Positions 48,572 to 59,624 of a stretch of DNA of 64,000 nt are shown here, in pieces. Made by a program: the position numbers and the translations under genes. Position 1 is the first letter of the stretch; every line of letters starts with the position of its first letter. Under the pieces are notes generated by a model. The model had not been told where the DNA came from and did no database searches. It worked only from the letters and a program-made list of their open reading frames with translations. Source of the DNA: an uncultured Alphaproteobacteria bacterium (GTDB lineage Bacteria; Pseudomonadota; Alphaproteobacteria; RF32; CAG-239); contig CALXTP010000004.1 in the NCBI GenBank assembly GCA_944391435.1, forward strand, positions 2,303-66,302, read 5' to 3'.

Positions 48572-50707
48572 CTAGCGCCATTTTTTCACCGCGGCAATAT
48601 GGCGATGATACATTTCGCTGTCCGCAATATCTTCTACCTCAACCGGAAGTTTGCTGCGCCAATTCGGATATAAGGGCACATCTGTCCCCGGCAGGTTTTG
48701 TATCTTCTCGGATTGGAAAATATCTTCCGGCTGCAACATAAACACTTCGCTGTTGGATTTTGCCATATAGGCATGAACAGCTTCTTCAATCCCCTCCGGA
48801 TAGCCGTCGCCGTAAAGATAATCAGATTTTCTCAACCGGTCCGCCGGCCATACGCCCTCGCCGTCCAATGCCTGCAGCAAAAGCCATCGTTCATGCTCAC
48901 GCCAGTGATACCCGTTCTGCATTTCCTCTTCGGTATATAGGCCCAACTCATGCATCAAGCCGATTTCCCTGGCATACCACCAGGCTTTTAACGGCGGCAT
49001 ATCATGTGTCCCGACTGAAGCGAAATAAGCACGCTCATATTCTTCCGGCTTTTTCATTGTGCCGTTTTCATCTTTACGTTCAACCCACAACACGCCGAGA
49101 GAATAAATATTACGTTCCCGGAGCATATCCTGAAAACCGTCCGACACATTGCCGATACATTCGCCGACCACGACACATTTGTTCAAATAGCTTTCCAGCG
49201 CCAAAATATTGAACATATCCTCGGCATTATACATCAGATACGTTCCTTCTTCGCCTTTGTCGGGAATCAAATACAAACGTGAAAGCCCCATCACATGGTC
49301 AATCCGAACAGCTCCGGCATAACGCATATTGGCGCGCAAAATACGGATAAACGGCTTATATGCCCGTTCTTTGAGTTCAAAAGGGTTAAACGCCCCCAAC
49401 ATCCATTTCTGCCCGATGGGAAAGCTGTTATCCGGCGGCGCCCCTGCACCGCTGTCTTGCATATAAAGATACTTATCGCCCCACACTTCGGCACTGTTTT
49501 TGGAAACGCCTACCGGCAAATCCCGATAAAGTCCGACAGCCAGGCCGCGTTCTTTTATTTTAGTAAAAACTTCCTGCAGCTGCCTGTCTGCCTCAAATTG
49601 TAAAAATTTGAAAAAATCTATCTCTTCGCTGTGCCCGGCCACAAATTTTTCCATTTCGTTGCCCATAGACATTTTATCAATGCTTTTAACTTTTTTTTGC
49701 CCGTTCTTTTGGGCATTGTGCCTCATTTCTTCATACGCCTGAAAAACAGCCAGCCTCTGCAATTCTCCCGTATCATTCGCCGCAAATTCTTCAAATTTTT
49801 TGTAATAATCGGATTTGCGTTGCTTCATCACCCGTGCAAAAATACGCCGCAAAGCCTTTATCTTCGCCGTATAAACTGTCGTATAGTCAATATTTTCGCT
49901 TTCCCTGGCCGTGGCAATTGCCGCCTCGTCCTTATCCTGCGCCTCATAAAAAGGCACCCTTTCCACATCAATATAAATCGGATTTAAAAATAAACGGCTG
50001 ACCGATGCATACGGGCTGGCACATTCGGGATAATCATGCTGTAACACATTAAGCGGGTTAAGCCCGATAATATCGCCGCCGCTTTGCGCCAAAACATCAA
50101 CCATCCGGCTCAAATCCGTAAAATCACCCACGCCCCAATTCCGGCGGCTTTTCAGCGAATACAGCTGCAGCGCAAAGCCAAACAATTTATCTTTGCCTTT
50201 CTTATCCAACCCATAACATGTACACGGAGCCACCGCCAATATGGTCTTATATGTAGCTTTGGCCGTTTTAACATCTATGTCATAATATCCGGGCGCCATA
50301 TCGGCGTCAATATCATAGCGCAATTTAACATATGACGTACGAGATTCTTGCCTTTTCTCCATTTCGGTCAAACACCCCGGCAACGGTTGAAAATCTCCGC
50401 TTCCTTCCGGCGCATAAAAAAAAGCTGCTCCGCTCTCGGCTTCCTTTTCCGTCAACACGATATCAATATTTTTATTATCTGTTTTTCGCACATACACCAC
50501 GTCCAAAGCATATTGCCAGCGCTTTTTTTCTATCCTTTCCAAAGACTTGCGGATTTCCTCGTCGTTTTTGGCATGATAGCCGAGGCTTTCAATAAAAAAG
50601 CGCACCAAGTCATCGCTGGCTTCTCGGGTTTTAACAGAACCGCATGTATATGTAAAACGGGTACAAACGCCCAATTTTTCCGCCAAAACGTCTAAAATTC
50701 CGCTCAT
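48572..50707 (-). CDS. malQ: 4-alpha-glucanotransferase (amylomaltase), long MalQ form
   Basis: 711 aa with the GH77 catalytic region (RIDHVMGL..., GECIG, GTHDMPP). Confidence 0.9.
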   Translation of the reverse strand: MSGILDVLAEKLGVCTRFTYTCGSVKTREASDDLVRFFIESLGYHAKNDEEIRKSLERIEKKRWQYALDVVYVRKTDNKNIDIVLTEKEAESGAAFFYAPEGSGDFQPLPGCLTEMEKRQESRTSYVKLRYDIDADMAPGYYDIDVKTAKATYKTILAVAPCTCYGLDKKGKDKLFGFALQLYSLKSRRNWGVGDFTDLSRMVDVLAQSGGDIIGLNPLNVLQHDYPECASPYASVSRLFLNPIYIDVERVPFYEAQDKDEAAIATARESENIDYTTVYTAKIKALRRIFARVMKQRKSDYYKKFEEFAANDTGELQRLAVFQAYEEMRHNAQKNGQKKVKSIDKMSMGNEMEKFVAGHSEEIDFFKFLQFEADRQLQEVFTKIKERGLAVGLYRDLPVGVSKNSAEVWGDKYLYMQDSGAGAPPDNSFPIGQKWMLGAFNPFELKERAYKPFIRILRANMRYAGAVRIDHVMGLSRLYLIPDKGEEGTYLMYNAEDMFNILALESYLNKCVVVGECIGNVSDGFQDMLRERNIYSLGVLWVERKDENGTMKKPEEYERAYFASVGTHDMPPLKAWWYAREIGLMHELGLYTEEEMQNGYHWREHERWLLLQALDGEGVWPADRLRKSDYLYGDGYPEGIEEAVHAYMAKSNSEVFMLQPEDIFQSEKIQNLPGTDVPLYPNWRSKLPVEVEDIADSEMYHRHIAAVKKWR

Positions 50708-50717
50708 AAATCTCTCC

Positions 50718-52790
50718 CTATTTCTTTATTTCAAAACACAACACCGACCACGCCGGAACCCATATTTCGGCAGCCGAAGAGCAATTTTCAGTTTCAAATT
50801 TTCCCGAACTGTCCAACAGCAGATTCCATTTATAAGATTTCTTAAAATGCGGCAATTTCCATTTCAAACTGTTGGCCTGTGCGTTCAAAATGACCATAAA
50901 CATTTTTTCCCTTGCCGCCACTACATAAGATAACGACTTGCGATTCGCCTGATACCAGTCATTTCCGGAAAATTCCGTTCCCTTTTCGGTAAACCAGGCC
51001 AAATCTTTTGTCCCGTTTTTATCAATAGCCGTTCCGGTAAAAAAGTTCTTACGGTTAAAGACCCCCATTCTTCTCCGCAGCCGTATCAAATTTTTGACAA
51101 ACCGCACATTGGCAATTTCTTCGGAACCGATGGCATCCCAAACCAGATAAGATATAACGTTATTCTGGCAATAGGCATTGTTATTGCCGAACTGTGTATT
51201 CATAAACTCATCGCCGGCGCGCAACATCGGCGTACCGAAAGAAAGCAATAATGTGCTCATCATCGCCCTCTGCCGCTGTTTGCGGTTTTCTAAAATGTCT
51301 TTATTATCGGTCAATCCTTCAAAGCCGGAATTATAACTCCAGTTGGCATCGGTACCGTCGCGGTTATCTTCGCCGTTAGCCTGGTTATGCTTATGGTTAT
51401 AGCTAACCAGATCATACAGTGTCATACCGTCATGCACGGCCAGATAATTAACGGAACTCCAGATTGTCCGCTGGCTCGGTCCGAAAATATCGCTGGATCC
51501 CGAAAGCCTGCTGGCTAATTCTCCGATTTGCCGGTCATCGCCGCGCCAGAACCTCCTGACAACATCGCGATAACGGTCGTTCCACTCCATGCTGCCGGGC
51601 GGAAAAGCGCCCAGCTGATAACCGCCTATGCCGACATCCCATGGCTCGGCAACCATTTTAACCAGTTGCAAAACCTCATCTTGCCGCACGGACATCATAA
51701 AACCGCTGCTTTGGCTGAACTCCTGCTTAACACGCGCCAGCGAAGTTGCCAAATCCAGCCGGAATCCGTCCACATGCATTTCCTCCACGAGATAACGCAT
51801 TGAATCCATCACCAGCGTCAGGACATATGGATTCTGCAAATTAAACGACGCGCCGCAACCGGTACTGTCATAATAGTAACGCTTGTTGGTGCCGTCCAGA
51901 GTATAATAGCTTTCGTTATCTATGCCGCGATAGCAGAGTGTCGGGCCCAAGTGATTGCCTTCCAGCGTATGGTTATACACCATATCCAAAATAACTTCCA
52001 ACCCGTTTTCATGAAACCTCTTTACCATTTTCTTAAAATTGCTGATATCGGCATTCACCATATAGCTTGGTTCCATCGCAAAGAAATTCAGCGTTTCATA
52101 CCCCCAAAAATTCTCCTTTTGCCCGGCGCTCCGCTCTGCCATAAAAGCATTAACCGGCATCAGCTCCACCGAAGTAACGCCCAGCCACTTCAGATAGCCG
52201 CAAACGCTGCGGCTGGCCAGACCGGAAAACGTTCCCCTCTTGGCATCCTGAACTTTCGGATGCATGCGCGTATACCCTTTAACATGCAGTTCATAAAAAA
52301 CGGTCTTTGCCGCATCAACCTGTGGCGGCACATCTCCTTCCCAGTCAAAATCGCTGCTGTCCGTTACCACCGACTTCGGAACATACGGCGCACTGTCCAG
52401 CGTGGAAAAAGAAAGATCCTTATCCGGACTATCAACATCATAGCCGAATATGGCTTTATGCCAAAGCAGCCGGCCAACCAGCTTTTTCGCATAAGGATCC
52501 ATCAACAGCTTATTTGGATTAAACCTTTTCCCCTTCGCCGGTTCATACGGCCCGTAAACACGATAGCCGTAAACCTGCCCGGGTTGCACCCCTTCAAGGT
52601 AAATATGCCAGATATTATTCTCACGCACGGGAAGCTCATATCGCGCCAGCTCTTTAACGCCGCTCTTATCAAACAGGCATAGCTCAACCTTTGTTGCGCC
52701 GGCCGAAAACAAAGCAAAATTAACACCCCACTCGTCAACGGTTGCGCCCAGCGGATAAGCGCGCCCTTCCCATACTCTGATATCTGGCAT
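50718..52790 (-). CDS. glgX: Glycogen debranching enzyme
   Basis: N-terminal PLGA...GVNFALFS, GH13 motifs (DMVYNHT, GFRLDLA, EPWD, YLAVHDG). Confidence 0.9.
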   Translation of the reverse strand: MPDIRVWEGRAYPLGATVDEWGVNFALFSAGATKVELCLFDKSGVKELARYELPVRENNIWHIYLEGVQPGQVYGYRVYGPYEPAKGKRFNPNKLLMDPYAKKLVGRLLWHKAIFGYDVDSPDKDLSFSTLDSAPYVPKSVVTDSSDFDWEGDVPPQVDAAKTVFYELHVKGYTRMHPKVQDAKRGTFSGLASRSVCGYLKWLGVTSVELMPVNAFMAERSAGQKENFWGYETLNFFAMEPSYMVNADISNFKKMVKRFHENGLEVILDMVYNHTLEGNHLGPTLCYRGIDNESYYTLDGTNKRYYYDSTGCGASFNLQNPYVLTLVMDSMRYLVEEMHVDGFRLDLATSLARVKQEFSQSSGFMMSVRQDEVLQLVKMVAEPWDVGIGGYQLGAFPPGSMEWNDRYRDVVRRFWRGDDRQIGELASRLSGSSDIFGPSQRTIWSSVNYLAVHDGMTLYDLVSYNHKHNQANGEDNRDGTDANWSYNSGFEGLTDNKDILENRKQRQRAMMSTLLLSFGTPMLRAGDEFMNTQFGNNNAYCQNNVISYLVWDAIGSEEIANVRFVKNLIRLRRRMGVFNRKNFFTGTAIDKNGTKDLAWFTEKGTEFSGNDWYQANRKSLSYVVAAREKMFMVILNAQANSLKWKLPHFKKSYKWNLLLDSSGKFETENCSSAAEIWVPAWSVLCFEIKK

Positions 52791-52828
52791 ATACCCTCTC
52801 TCTAAATTTTAAGACACCTGACAACCGT

Positions 52829-55126
52829 TTATCTGATACGTTTGATGACAATGGTTGACAACGGCGGCAGGACAACATTGATGGAATGCGGACGACCGTT
52901 GGCTCCCTCGTCGGAGGCATATATCTCGCCTTCGTTCTTAACGCCACTTCCCCAATAGTTTTTATCATCGCTGTTAAAGATTTCCTGATAAACGCCGCCA
53001 TCCGGAACACCGAGTCTGAAATCATGTCTGACCACCGGTGTAAAGTTGCTGATGACAATCATATAATTATTATAATCATGTCCGCGGCGGATATAAGAAA
53101 TAACACTGTCATTGGCATCGGCATGGTCAATCCATTCAAAGCCTTTGCTGTCAAAATCTTCTTCATAAAAAGCAGAATTTCCTTTGTACATCAGGTTCAA
53201 ATCGCGCACGCAGTTTTGCATTCCTTTATACATCGGATATTGCAGCAAATGCCACCGCAGGCTCTCGTTGGAATTCCATTCCCAATCCTGCCCGAACTCG
53301 CACCCCATAAACAACAGCTTTTTGCCCGGATGTGTCCACATAAACCCGTAATAGGCACGCAGATTGGCAAACTTCTGCCATTCGTCGCCCGGCATCTTAT
53401 ACAGCATGGAGCCTTTGCCGTGAACCACTTCATCATGTGAAATCGGCAGGATGAAATTTTCATTAAATGCATACAACAAACCAAACGTCAGTTTGCCGTG
53501 TTCATATTTGCGATATACGGGGTCTTTGCTGATATATGTCAGCGTATCGTTCATCCATCCCATATTCCACTTAAAGCCGAAACCGAGCCCGCCCATAGAT
53601 GTCGGACGCGATACCATCGGCCACGCCGTTGATTCTTCGGCGCAAGTCATAATGCCGGGACAAGTGCCATAGCACAATTCGTTCATCTTACGGATAAACG
53701 ATATGGCCTCCAGATTTTCGTTTCCGCCATAAATATTCGGTACCCATTCGCCGGGTTTGCGGGAATAATCCAGATAAAGCATAGACGCCACCGCATCAAC
53801 ACGCAGCCCGTCAATATGATATTCTTTCAGCCAATACAAAGCGCTTGAGCACAAGACATTGCTGACTTCTGTCCGCCCGTAATTGTAGATTTTCGTTCCC
53901 CAATCTTTATGCTCGCCTTTGCGCGGATCGGCATGCTCATAAAGATGTGTGCCGTCAAACTCTACCAGCCCGTGGCCGTCTTTCGGAAAGTGTGCCGGCA
54001 CCCAATCCATAATGACGCCGATATTGGCCTGATGGAATTTATCAATCATATACCGGAAATCATCAGGATTACCGAAACGCGACGTCGGCGCAAACAAACC
54101 GGTTACCTGATATCCCCACGAAGCATCAAGCGGATGTTCACAAACCGGCAAAAATTCAACATGCGTAAATCCCATATTCATAACATAGGGGACCAAGCTA
54201 TCGGCAAGTTCGCGATACGTCAAAAATTCGCAACCGTCTTTCCCTTTTCTGCGCCATGAGCCGAGATGGACTTCATAAATGCTCATCGGGCGGTCAAAAC
54301 TGTTGTAAGATGCACGATACTGCATCCAATCATTATCTTTCCATTTAAAATGGTTCAAATCATAAACAATGGAAGCCGTCCTCGGACGCACCTCGGCATA
54401 AAAAGCCATCGGGTCGCTCTTTGTCAGGATATACCCTTCATGTGTTTTGATTTCGTATTTATAAAGTTCGCCTTCTCCGATGTTCGGGATAAAGATATCC
54501 CACACGCCGCAATTATAATGCTTGCGCATAACATTTACGCGTCCGTCCCAGTTGTTAAAAGCGCCGACAACCGAAACGCGTTTAGCGTTCGGAGCCCAAA
54601 CCGAAAAAGCGACACCCTTCACGCCGTTTAACTCCAGCAAATGCGCACCGAGTTTTTTATACAGGTCAAGATGGTTTCCCTCGGCAAAAAGATATTCGTC
54701 AATATCGCCCAGCGTAGAAGGGAAAGAATAGATATCCTCTTCCTCATACGTTTCATTTTTATCATTGGTAACTCTGAATTTGTGTTTAAAATTTTCCGTA
54801 TTCATAACACCGAGATTTATCTGGTAAAAACCTCTGTCGTCCAGTTTTGTCATCATGCCCAGCGAATTGCCGTTTCCGTCCAAAAGCTCAATAGACTTCG
54901 TTTTCGGCTTATAAGCGCGGATAAAGACTTCCTTGCTGCCTTTATCGCGATGAATGCCCAGCACGGCCATTACATTTTCATAATCACCGTTAATAATGCA
55001 TTCCATTTCTTTTTGTGAAAGCAGATTTTTCATATTCTTCCCGTTGCAAGAACTCAATACCGCAAAATTCTGCGGCTGTCCGTTTTTTTCAGATTTTACA
55101 GTTTGATTTTGAACTGTGCTGGCCAT
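52829..55126 (-). CDS. glgB: 1,4-alpha-glucan branching enzyme
   Basis: GH13_9 motifs ([30 protein letters not shown]) and the N-terminal ...MAVLGIH. Confidence 0.9.
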   Translation of the reverse strand: MASTVQNQTVKSEKNGQPQNFAVLSSCNGKNMKNLLSQKEMECIINGDYENVMAVLGIHRDKGSKEVFIRAYKPKTKSIELLDGNGNSLGMMTKLDDRGFYQINLGVMNTENFKHKFRVTNDKNETYEEEDIYSFPSTLGDIDEYLFAEGNHLDLYKKLGAHLLELNGVKGVAFSVWAPNAKRVSVVGAFNNWDGRVNVMRKHYNCGVWDIFIPNIGEGELYKYEIKTHEGYILTKSDPMAFYAEVRPRTASIVYDLNHFKWKDNDWMQYRASYNSFDRPMSIYEVHLGSWRRKGKDGCEFLTYRELADSLVPYVMNMGFTHVEFLPVCEHPLDASWGYQVTGLFAPTSRFGNPDDFRYMIDKFHQANIGVIMDWVPAHFPKDGHGLVEFDGTHLYEHADPRKGEHKDWGTKIYNYGRTEVSNVLCSSALYWLKEYHIDGLRVDAVASMLYLDYSRKPGEWVPNIYGGNENLEAISFIRKMNELCYGTCPGIMTCAEESTAWPMVSRPTSMGGLGFGFKWNMGWMNDTLTYISKDPVYRKYEHGKLTFGLLYAFNENFILPISHDEVVHGKGSMLYKMPGDEWQKFANLRAYYGFMWTHPGKKLLFMGCEFGQDWEWNSNESLRWHLLQYPMYKGMQNCVRDLNLMYKGNSAFYEEDFDSKGFEWIDHADANDSVISYIRRGHDYNNYMIVISNFTPVVRHDFRLGVPDGGVYQEIFNSDDKNYWGSGVKNEGEIYASDEGANGRPHSINVVLPPLSTIVIKRIR

Positions 55127-55751
55127 AACTATAACTCCAATAGATAAACAAAAAATACATCACTGGATATGTATAAAACAAAACAAAAAAATTGCAAGAA
55201 TTTTGTCGTTGATTTCCTCTGTTTACAAAACATTTTTTCTTTTAAAAACAACAAGCTTATGTTTTAAAAACACTTTTGCTTTTCTCTGCGCCTAAATAGC
55301 TTCGTCTTTTCTTTCGCACGCGGAAAAAATATTTCACATTTTTTCCGGCATCGGATATCGTCTCTTATATAATCCGGCCGTCTGCTTTTTGCGATATGTT
55401 TTTTGCACAAGAAACGAAAAAAATTTTTTTTTATTTTTTTTTGCTTTTTTTGCCGGACGCCCGCCGGAAACTGTCTTTTTTTTCGCTCTTCTTTTTAACT
55501 TAAAATTAAAAAAATTAAGGCGCTAAAACAAAATGTTAACACCGTACACAACAAGTCGTCAGACAGATATTTCGGGTACATTTTAACAGCTTGAAAAAAT
55601 TTTATTTTTCCTGTTTTTTTTAATCTTTTTTTAATCTATTTATGTATATACAATGACTAACAACAACAAACGATGAAATTCGTATTTACAAAATAAAAAT
55701 TATATTTATACTTAACCTTGTTTTATAACACAAATTATTTGGAGAATTGAT

Positions 55752-55973
55752 ATGACATTCAATGAAAACTTAATCAGAGAAGCTGCTTACTACAACTGGC
55801 AGAATGCAGGCTGCCCTTTTGGCCAGGATGAAAAATTCTGGAATATGGCAATTGAGCAGATTTATGGCTCAAAGGCTACTAAATCCTGCTGCAGCTCTTC
55901 TTCTTCTTCCAAGAAGACGGCTTCTTCCAGCAAAAAAACTTCTTCTTCTTCTAAATCAAAATCCAAGAAGTAA
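55752..55973 (+). CDS. DUF2934-family small protein with a Ser/Lys-rich low-complexity tail
   Basis: IREAAYYNWQNAGCPFGQDEKFW matches the DUF2934 core. A GGAG RBS lies upstream. Confidence 0.55.
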   Translation: MTFNENLIREAAYYNWQNAGCPFGQDEKFWNMAIEQIYGSKATKSCCSSSSSSKKTASSSKKTSSSSKSKSKK

Positions 55974-55996
55974 GATGTGCTGAAAAGCAAAAAAAA

Positions 55997-56026
55997 GGAC
56001 CACCTTGACCAAGGTGGTTTTTTTAT
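55997..56026 (+). terminator. Rho-independent terminator
   Basis: Hairpin ccacctt-gacc-aaggtgg followed by T8. Confidence 0.7.
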
Positions 56027-56281
56027 ATTTCTTCTAACGCACCACATTTTTTCTCCGGTGTATTTTTTCTGGCAACGTTTTTATGGTTCTCCGTATTTTT
56101 TATGTTTGCCCATATTGAAAACATGCATCTTTGCCGGCAACAGTCTTAAAAATTCGCCCTTATTTCTGCACATTCTGCCGCCCGGATATTTTTTTGCAGT
56201 TTTTCAACTGCCGCGTTTTGGCGTTTACTTAATATTAAAATATCCCGGCTACACTCTTTTATACGATAAGAGAAAAACAAA

Positions 56282-57520
56282 ATGGAAAACTGCAGGATGA
56301 AAAGTTCAAACCCGTTAAAAAGGCTGGATATAGCCTGTTTTTTACGTTCACAGCTGTATCTGGCTCCGGTTCTGCTGCTTTTTTATCAACAAAACGGCCT
56401 GAGCATCGCCGACTTCGTCCTCTTTCAGGGTATTTTCCAGCTGACCGGGATTTTATTTGAAATTCCCTGCGGCTACATTGCCGATGTCATATCCAAAAAG
56501 AAAGTCCTGATTCTGGCCTTTTTTTGTTTTTTCATGCGAGCAGTTTTATGGCTGGAATTTTCGGGTTTATACATCGTCCTTCTGGGCGAATTGTTCAATG
56601 CCCTGTCCCGTGCCTTTCTTTCCGGTGTATATGACAGCTACATATATGATTATCTGAAAAACGAAAACCAAACAAAAAAAATGTTAAAAGAATGTGGCAA
56701 AACCAATTTTGCCATGTCCTCCGGAGCAATGTTTGCCGCTGTTTTCAGTGCTGTTTTATACGACAATTTCGGCACCGTCGTTTTGCTTTCGCTGGAACTG
56801 GTTTTAACCCTCATCAGCATCATACTGTTGACAACATTGCCCAATCCGCCTTCAGCGCGGCCGCACGCCCAAACCTTAAAAGAAAAATTTATTGAAATTA
56901 AAGACACGACCATCGCCACCGTCAAAAACCCAAACATCAACATTTATATTTTATACTCGGCGCTTTTATTCTCCACTACTTCGCTTTTCTGTTGGTGTTT
57001 CCAGCCTTTGCTGACCCTTTCCGCCGCACCTGTTTTGATGTTCAGCTCCATTTACGTCATCAACCACGCCCTGCGGGCCGGATTCTCTTATTACGTCAAC
57101 AAGCTGCAAAAATTCTTCGGTTTCAACCGCCTTCTGGTCGTAACCACTTTTCTGTGTTTATATTCTTTTGCCTGCATGGTTCTGAGTTTTTATTTCAGAA
57201 TGCCGAATATTGCCATTACCTGTCTGATATTTGTCTGCATCGGCATCGGTTTCCAACTGGCTTTTGCCATTGCCAACATCAACCACATCCACCAATACGC
57301 CAATGAAGAAACCAGAGCGACAATCTCCTCGGTAAATAATATGCTCCAACAAACCCTGTCCGGCATCTCTCTGATATGCTTCAAATTTGTCATTGAACCG
57401 GGGGATAACATTCCCGGCCTGAGTTTTTCCGCCGCTTTTCTGCTGTTCGGGCTGTTCTATATGAGCCTGTTTACCGTACTTTCTTATATAATTTTTCATC
57501 GCCATCCGGAAAAGAATTAG
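56282..57520 (+). CDS. MFS transporter
   Basis: 12 predicted TM helices. An MFS-like loop GYIADVISKKK follows TM2. Confidence 0.7.
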   Translation: MENCRMKSSNPLKRLDIACFLRSQLYLAPVLLLFYQQNGLSIADFVLFQGIFQLTGILFEIPCGYIADVISKKKVLILAFFCFFMRAVLWLEFSGLYIVLLGELFNALSRAFLSGVYDSYIYDYLKNENQTKKMLKECGKTNFAMSSGAMFAAVFSAVLYDNFGTVVLLSLELVLTLISIILLTTLPNPPSARPHAQTLKEKFIEIKDTTIATVKNPNINIYILYSALLFSTTSLFCWCFQPLLTLSAAPVLMFSSIYVINHALRAGFSYYVNKLQKFFGFNRLLVVTTFLCLYSFACMVLSFYFRMPNIAITCLIFVCIGIGFQLAFAIANINHIHQYANEETRATISSVNNMLQQTLSGISLICFKFVIEPGDNIPGLSFSAAFLLFGLFYMSLFTVLSYIIFHRHPEKN

Positions 57521-57629
57521 CCCGGATAAGCCATAAAAAAACTCACGGATTTCCCTCTGCCTTTAACGAAATATAAAGTAATGTCTGCTTTAATGAATGC
57601 AAACATTTAACCAGCTTAAGGAATATCGG

Positions 57630-58067
57630 ATGTCTGCTTGGATTATTTTTCTCATCATTGCGTTAATATGTTTCATCGCTGAAATATATGCACCGACAAT
57701 GTTTTTTATGAATTTTGCCCTTGCCGGGGTTGTTTGTGCCCTGTTGGGTCTGCTGACGGATAATTATAACATTTTGATACCGATTTTTACCATCTTATCC
57801 ATCATCTTCATTCTGTTCTTGCGCCCGTTGCTTAACATTAATCCCAAACGCGACAAAGAACATAGTTTTGAATCCCAATATATCGGCAAAATCGCCACAG
57901 CCACCACGGATATCAATGCTTTTTCTGGACGTCTTAGCATCTATGACGAACAGTGGGAAGCACGCACAACTGATGAAAACGCGGCAGAAATCAAAAAAGG
58001 AACCAAAGTAAAAATCATTCGCCACGATGATTTGACCATGTATGTTGAAAAGAAAGGAAAGAAATAA
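57630..58067 (+). CDS. NfeD-family membrane protein (short form), partner of the SPFH protein
   Basis: Three TM helices plus a C-terminal OB-fold-like domain. It lies directly upstream of the SPFH gene, with ATGA-style coupling. Confidence 0.6.
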   Translation: MSAWIIFLIIALICFIAEIYAPTMFFMNFALAGVVCALLGLLTDNYNILIPIFTILSIIFILFLRPLLNINPKRDKEHSFESQYIGKIATATTDINAFSGRLSIYDEQWEARTTDENAAEIKKGTKVKIIRHDDLTMYVEKKGKK

Positions 58068-59050
58068 TGGAAGTCGTATTATCCCTTTTGCTCCTGGCCG
58101 GCATTTTATTTGCCATCAAAGGCTGCATTATCGTTGAACAGCAGGAAGTCATCATCGTCCAGCGTTTGGGCAAGTACAAAGAAACCCTGACTGCCGGTCT
58201 GAACTTCATCGTCCCTTTCATAGATTCGCCGAAAGTTTTTTATCAAAAAGTCAATACGGGCGTTGAACGTGACGGCAGAAGCTACAGTTACATTCACAAA
58301 ACCTACCGGCTGGACTTGCGTGAAACGGTATATGACTTTCCGCGCCAAAACGTTATCACCAAAGACAACGTTTCCATCGCCATCAATGCTGTCCTTTATT
58401 ACCAGATTATCAATCCGGAAAAAGCCGTTTACGGCGTTGAAAACCTGTCGGAAGCAATTGAAAAGCTGACCCAGACCACCCTGCGCCAGCTCATCGGAAA
58501 AATGGAATTGCAGGAAACCCTCGTTTCGCGTGATAAAATCAACGACGAATTGCGGAGCATTTTAGATGCAGCTTCTGACAAATGGGGCGTAAAGGTCAAC
58601 CGCATTGAATTGCAGGATATTATGCCGCCGAGCGACATTCAGGCCGCCATGGACAAGCAAATGAAAGCCGAGCGTGAAAAGCGCGCCATGATTTACGAAG
58701 CCGAAGGCCAGAAAGAATCAGCCATCCGCATTGCCGAAGGCGAAAAAGAAGCGGCCATCCGCCAGGCAGAAGGCGCAAAAGAAGCCGAAATTTTACGCGC
58801 AGAAGGCATCGCCCAGGCTCGTAAAATAGAAGCAGACGCCGAAAAGGAAGCGATTCACCGCATCATAGAAGTTCTGTCTTCCAAAGGGCAGGCTGACAAA
58901 TATCTGATTGCGATGAAATATCTTGAAACCCTGAAAGATATCACATCAGGCAAAGATAACAAAATCGTCTATATGCCCTATGAAGCCAGCGCAGTTTTAA
59001 GTTCCATTGACGGCATCAAGGAATTATTATCCGCGCATAAGAACATATAA
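58067..59050 (+). CDS. SPFH/band-7 (stomatin-like) domain protein
   Basis: N-terminal TM, then an SPFH core (IIVEQQEVIIVQRLGKY...NVSIAINAVLYY) and a coiled-coil A/E/K-rich C-terminus. Confidence 0.8.
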   Translation: MEVVLSLLLLAGILFAIKGCIIVEQQEVIIVQRLGKYKETLTAGLNFIVPFIDSPKVFYQKVNTGVERDGRSYSYIHKTYRLDLRETVYDFPRQNVITKDNVSIAINAVLYYQIINPEKAVYGVENLSEAIEKLTQTTLRQLIGKMELQETLVSRDKINDELRSILDAASDKWGVKVNRIELQDIMPPSDIQAAMDKQMKAEREKRAMIYEAEGQKESAIRIAEGEKEAAIRQAEGAKEAEILRAEGIAQARKIEADAEKEAIHRIIEVLSSKGQADKYLIAMKYLETLKDITSGKDNKIVYMPYEASAVLSSIDGIKELLSAHKNI

Positions 59051-59087
59051 AAACGCGCAACAGCACACGGCAACTGAAAGGTATAAA

Positions 59088-59447
59088 ATGTTTATATTGT
59101 TAACCGTTGGAATTTTCATCTTAAAATTTCTGGCCGTCGGCGTTGTCGGATTATTTTTTGCCGAAGATTTGGAGTTAACAAAAGAAGTCGGCGGCTCAAT
59201 ATATTCCGTATATTTCACCCTCGGTGCCGGTGCATTTGTTGCGCTTTTTCTTTTTGCCTTAGGCAAAAGGCTGTTCTGGCTGATAGTCTTTGCCGTCCTT
59301 GCTTTTTCATATTTCGGAATGTACCACGAAGTGCCGGAAATAGCGGAAATACATCGGCAAAACGATATAAAAAGCCGTTATTTCAAAGACACGGATACTT
59401 TTTTTGCCCGTATGGAAGATGTCTTTAACGCCATCAATAAAAAATAA
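59088..59447 (+). CDS. Hypothetical membrane protein
   Basis: Three hydrophobic helices. AAAGG RBS. Confidence 0.4.
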   Translation: MFILLTVGIFILKFLAVGVVGLFFAEDLELTKEVGGSIYSVYFTLGAGAFVALFLFALGKRLFWLIVFAVLAFSYFGMYHEVPEIAEIHRQNDIKSRYFKDTDTFFARMEDVFNAINKK

Positions 59448-59624
59448 AGCCAAAGCTGTCTTTTAAGATAGCATCAAACAACCGTTAAGGCAAAAAGCTT
59501 CAGCCGCCCGGCAAAAGATTCCCTCTGCCTTTTTCTTAAAATTCCAATCCAAAAAGCATTTGCCTTATTTATAAAAATATGTTATCCTGTATAGCAATGA
59601 GATTTTAAGCGGAGAAAATAAAAA

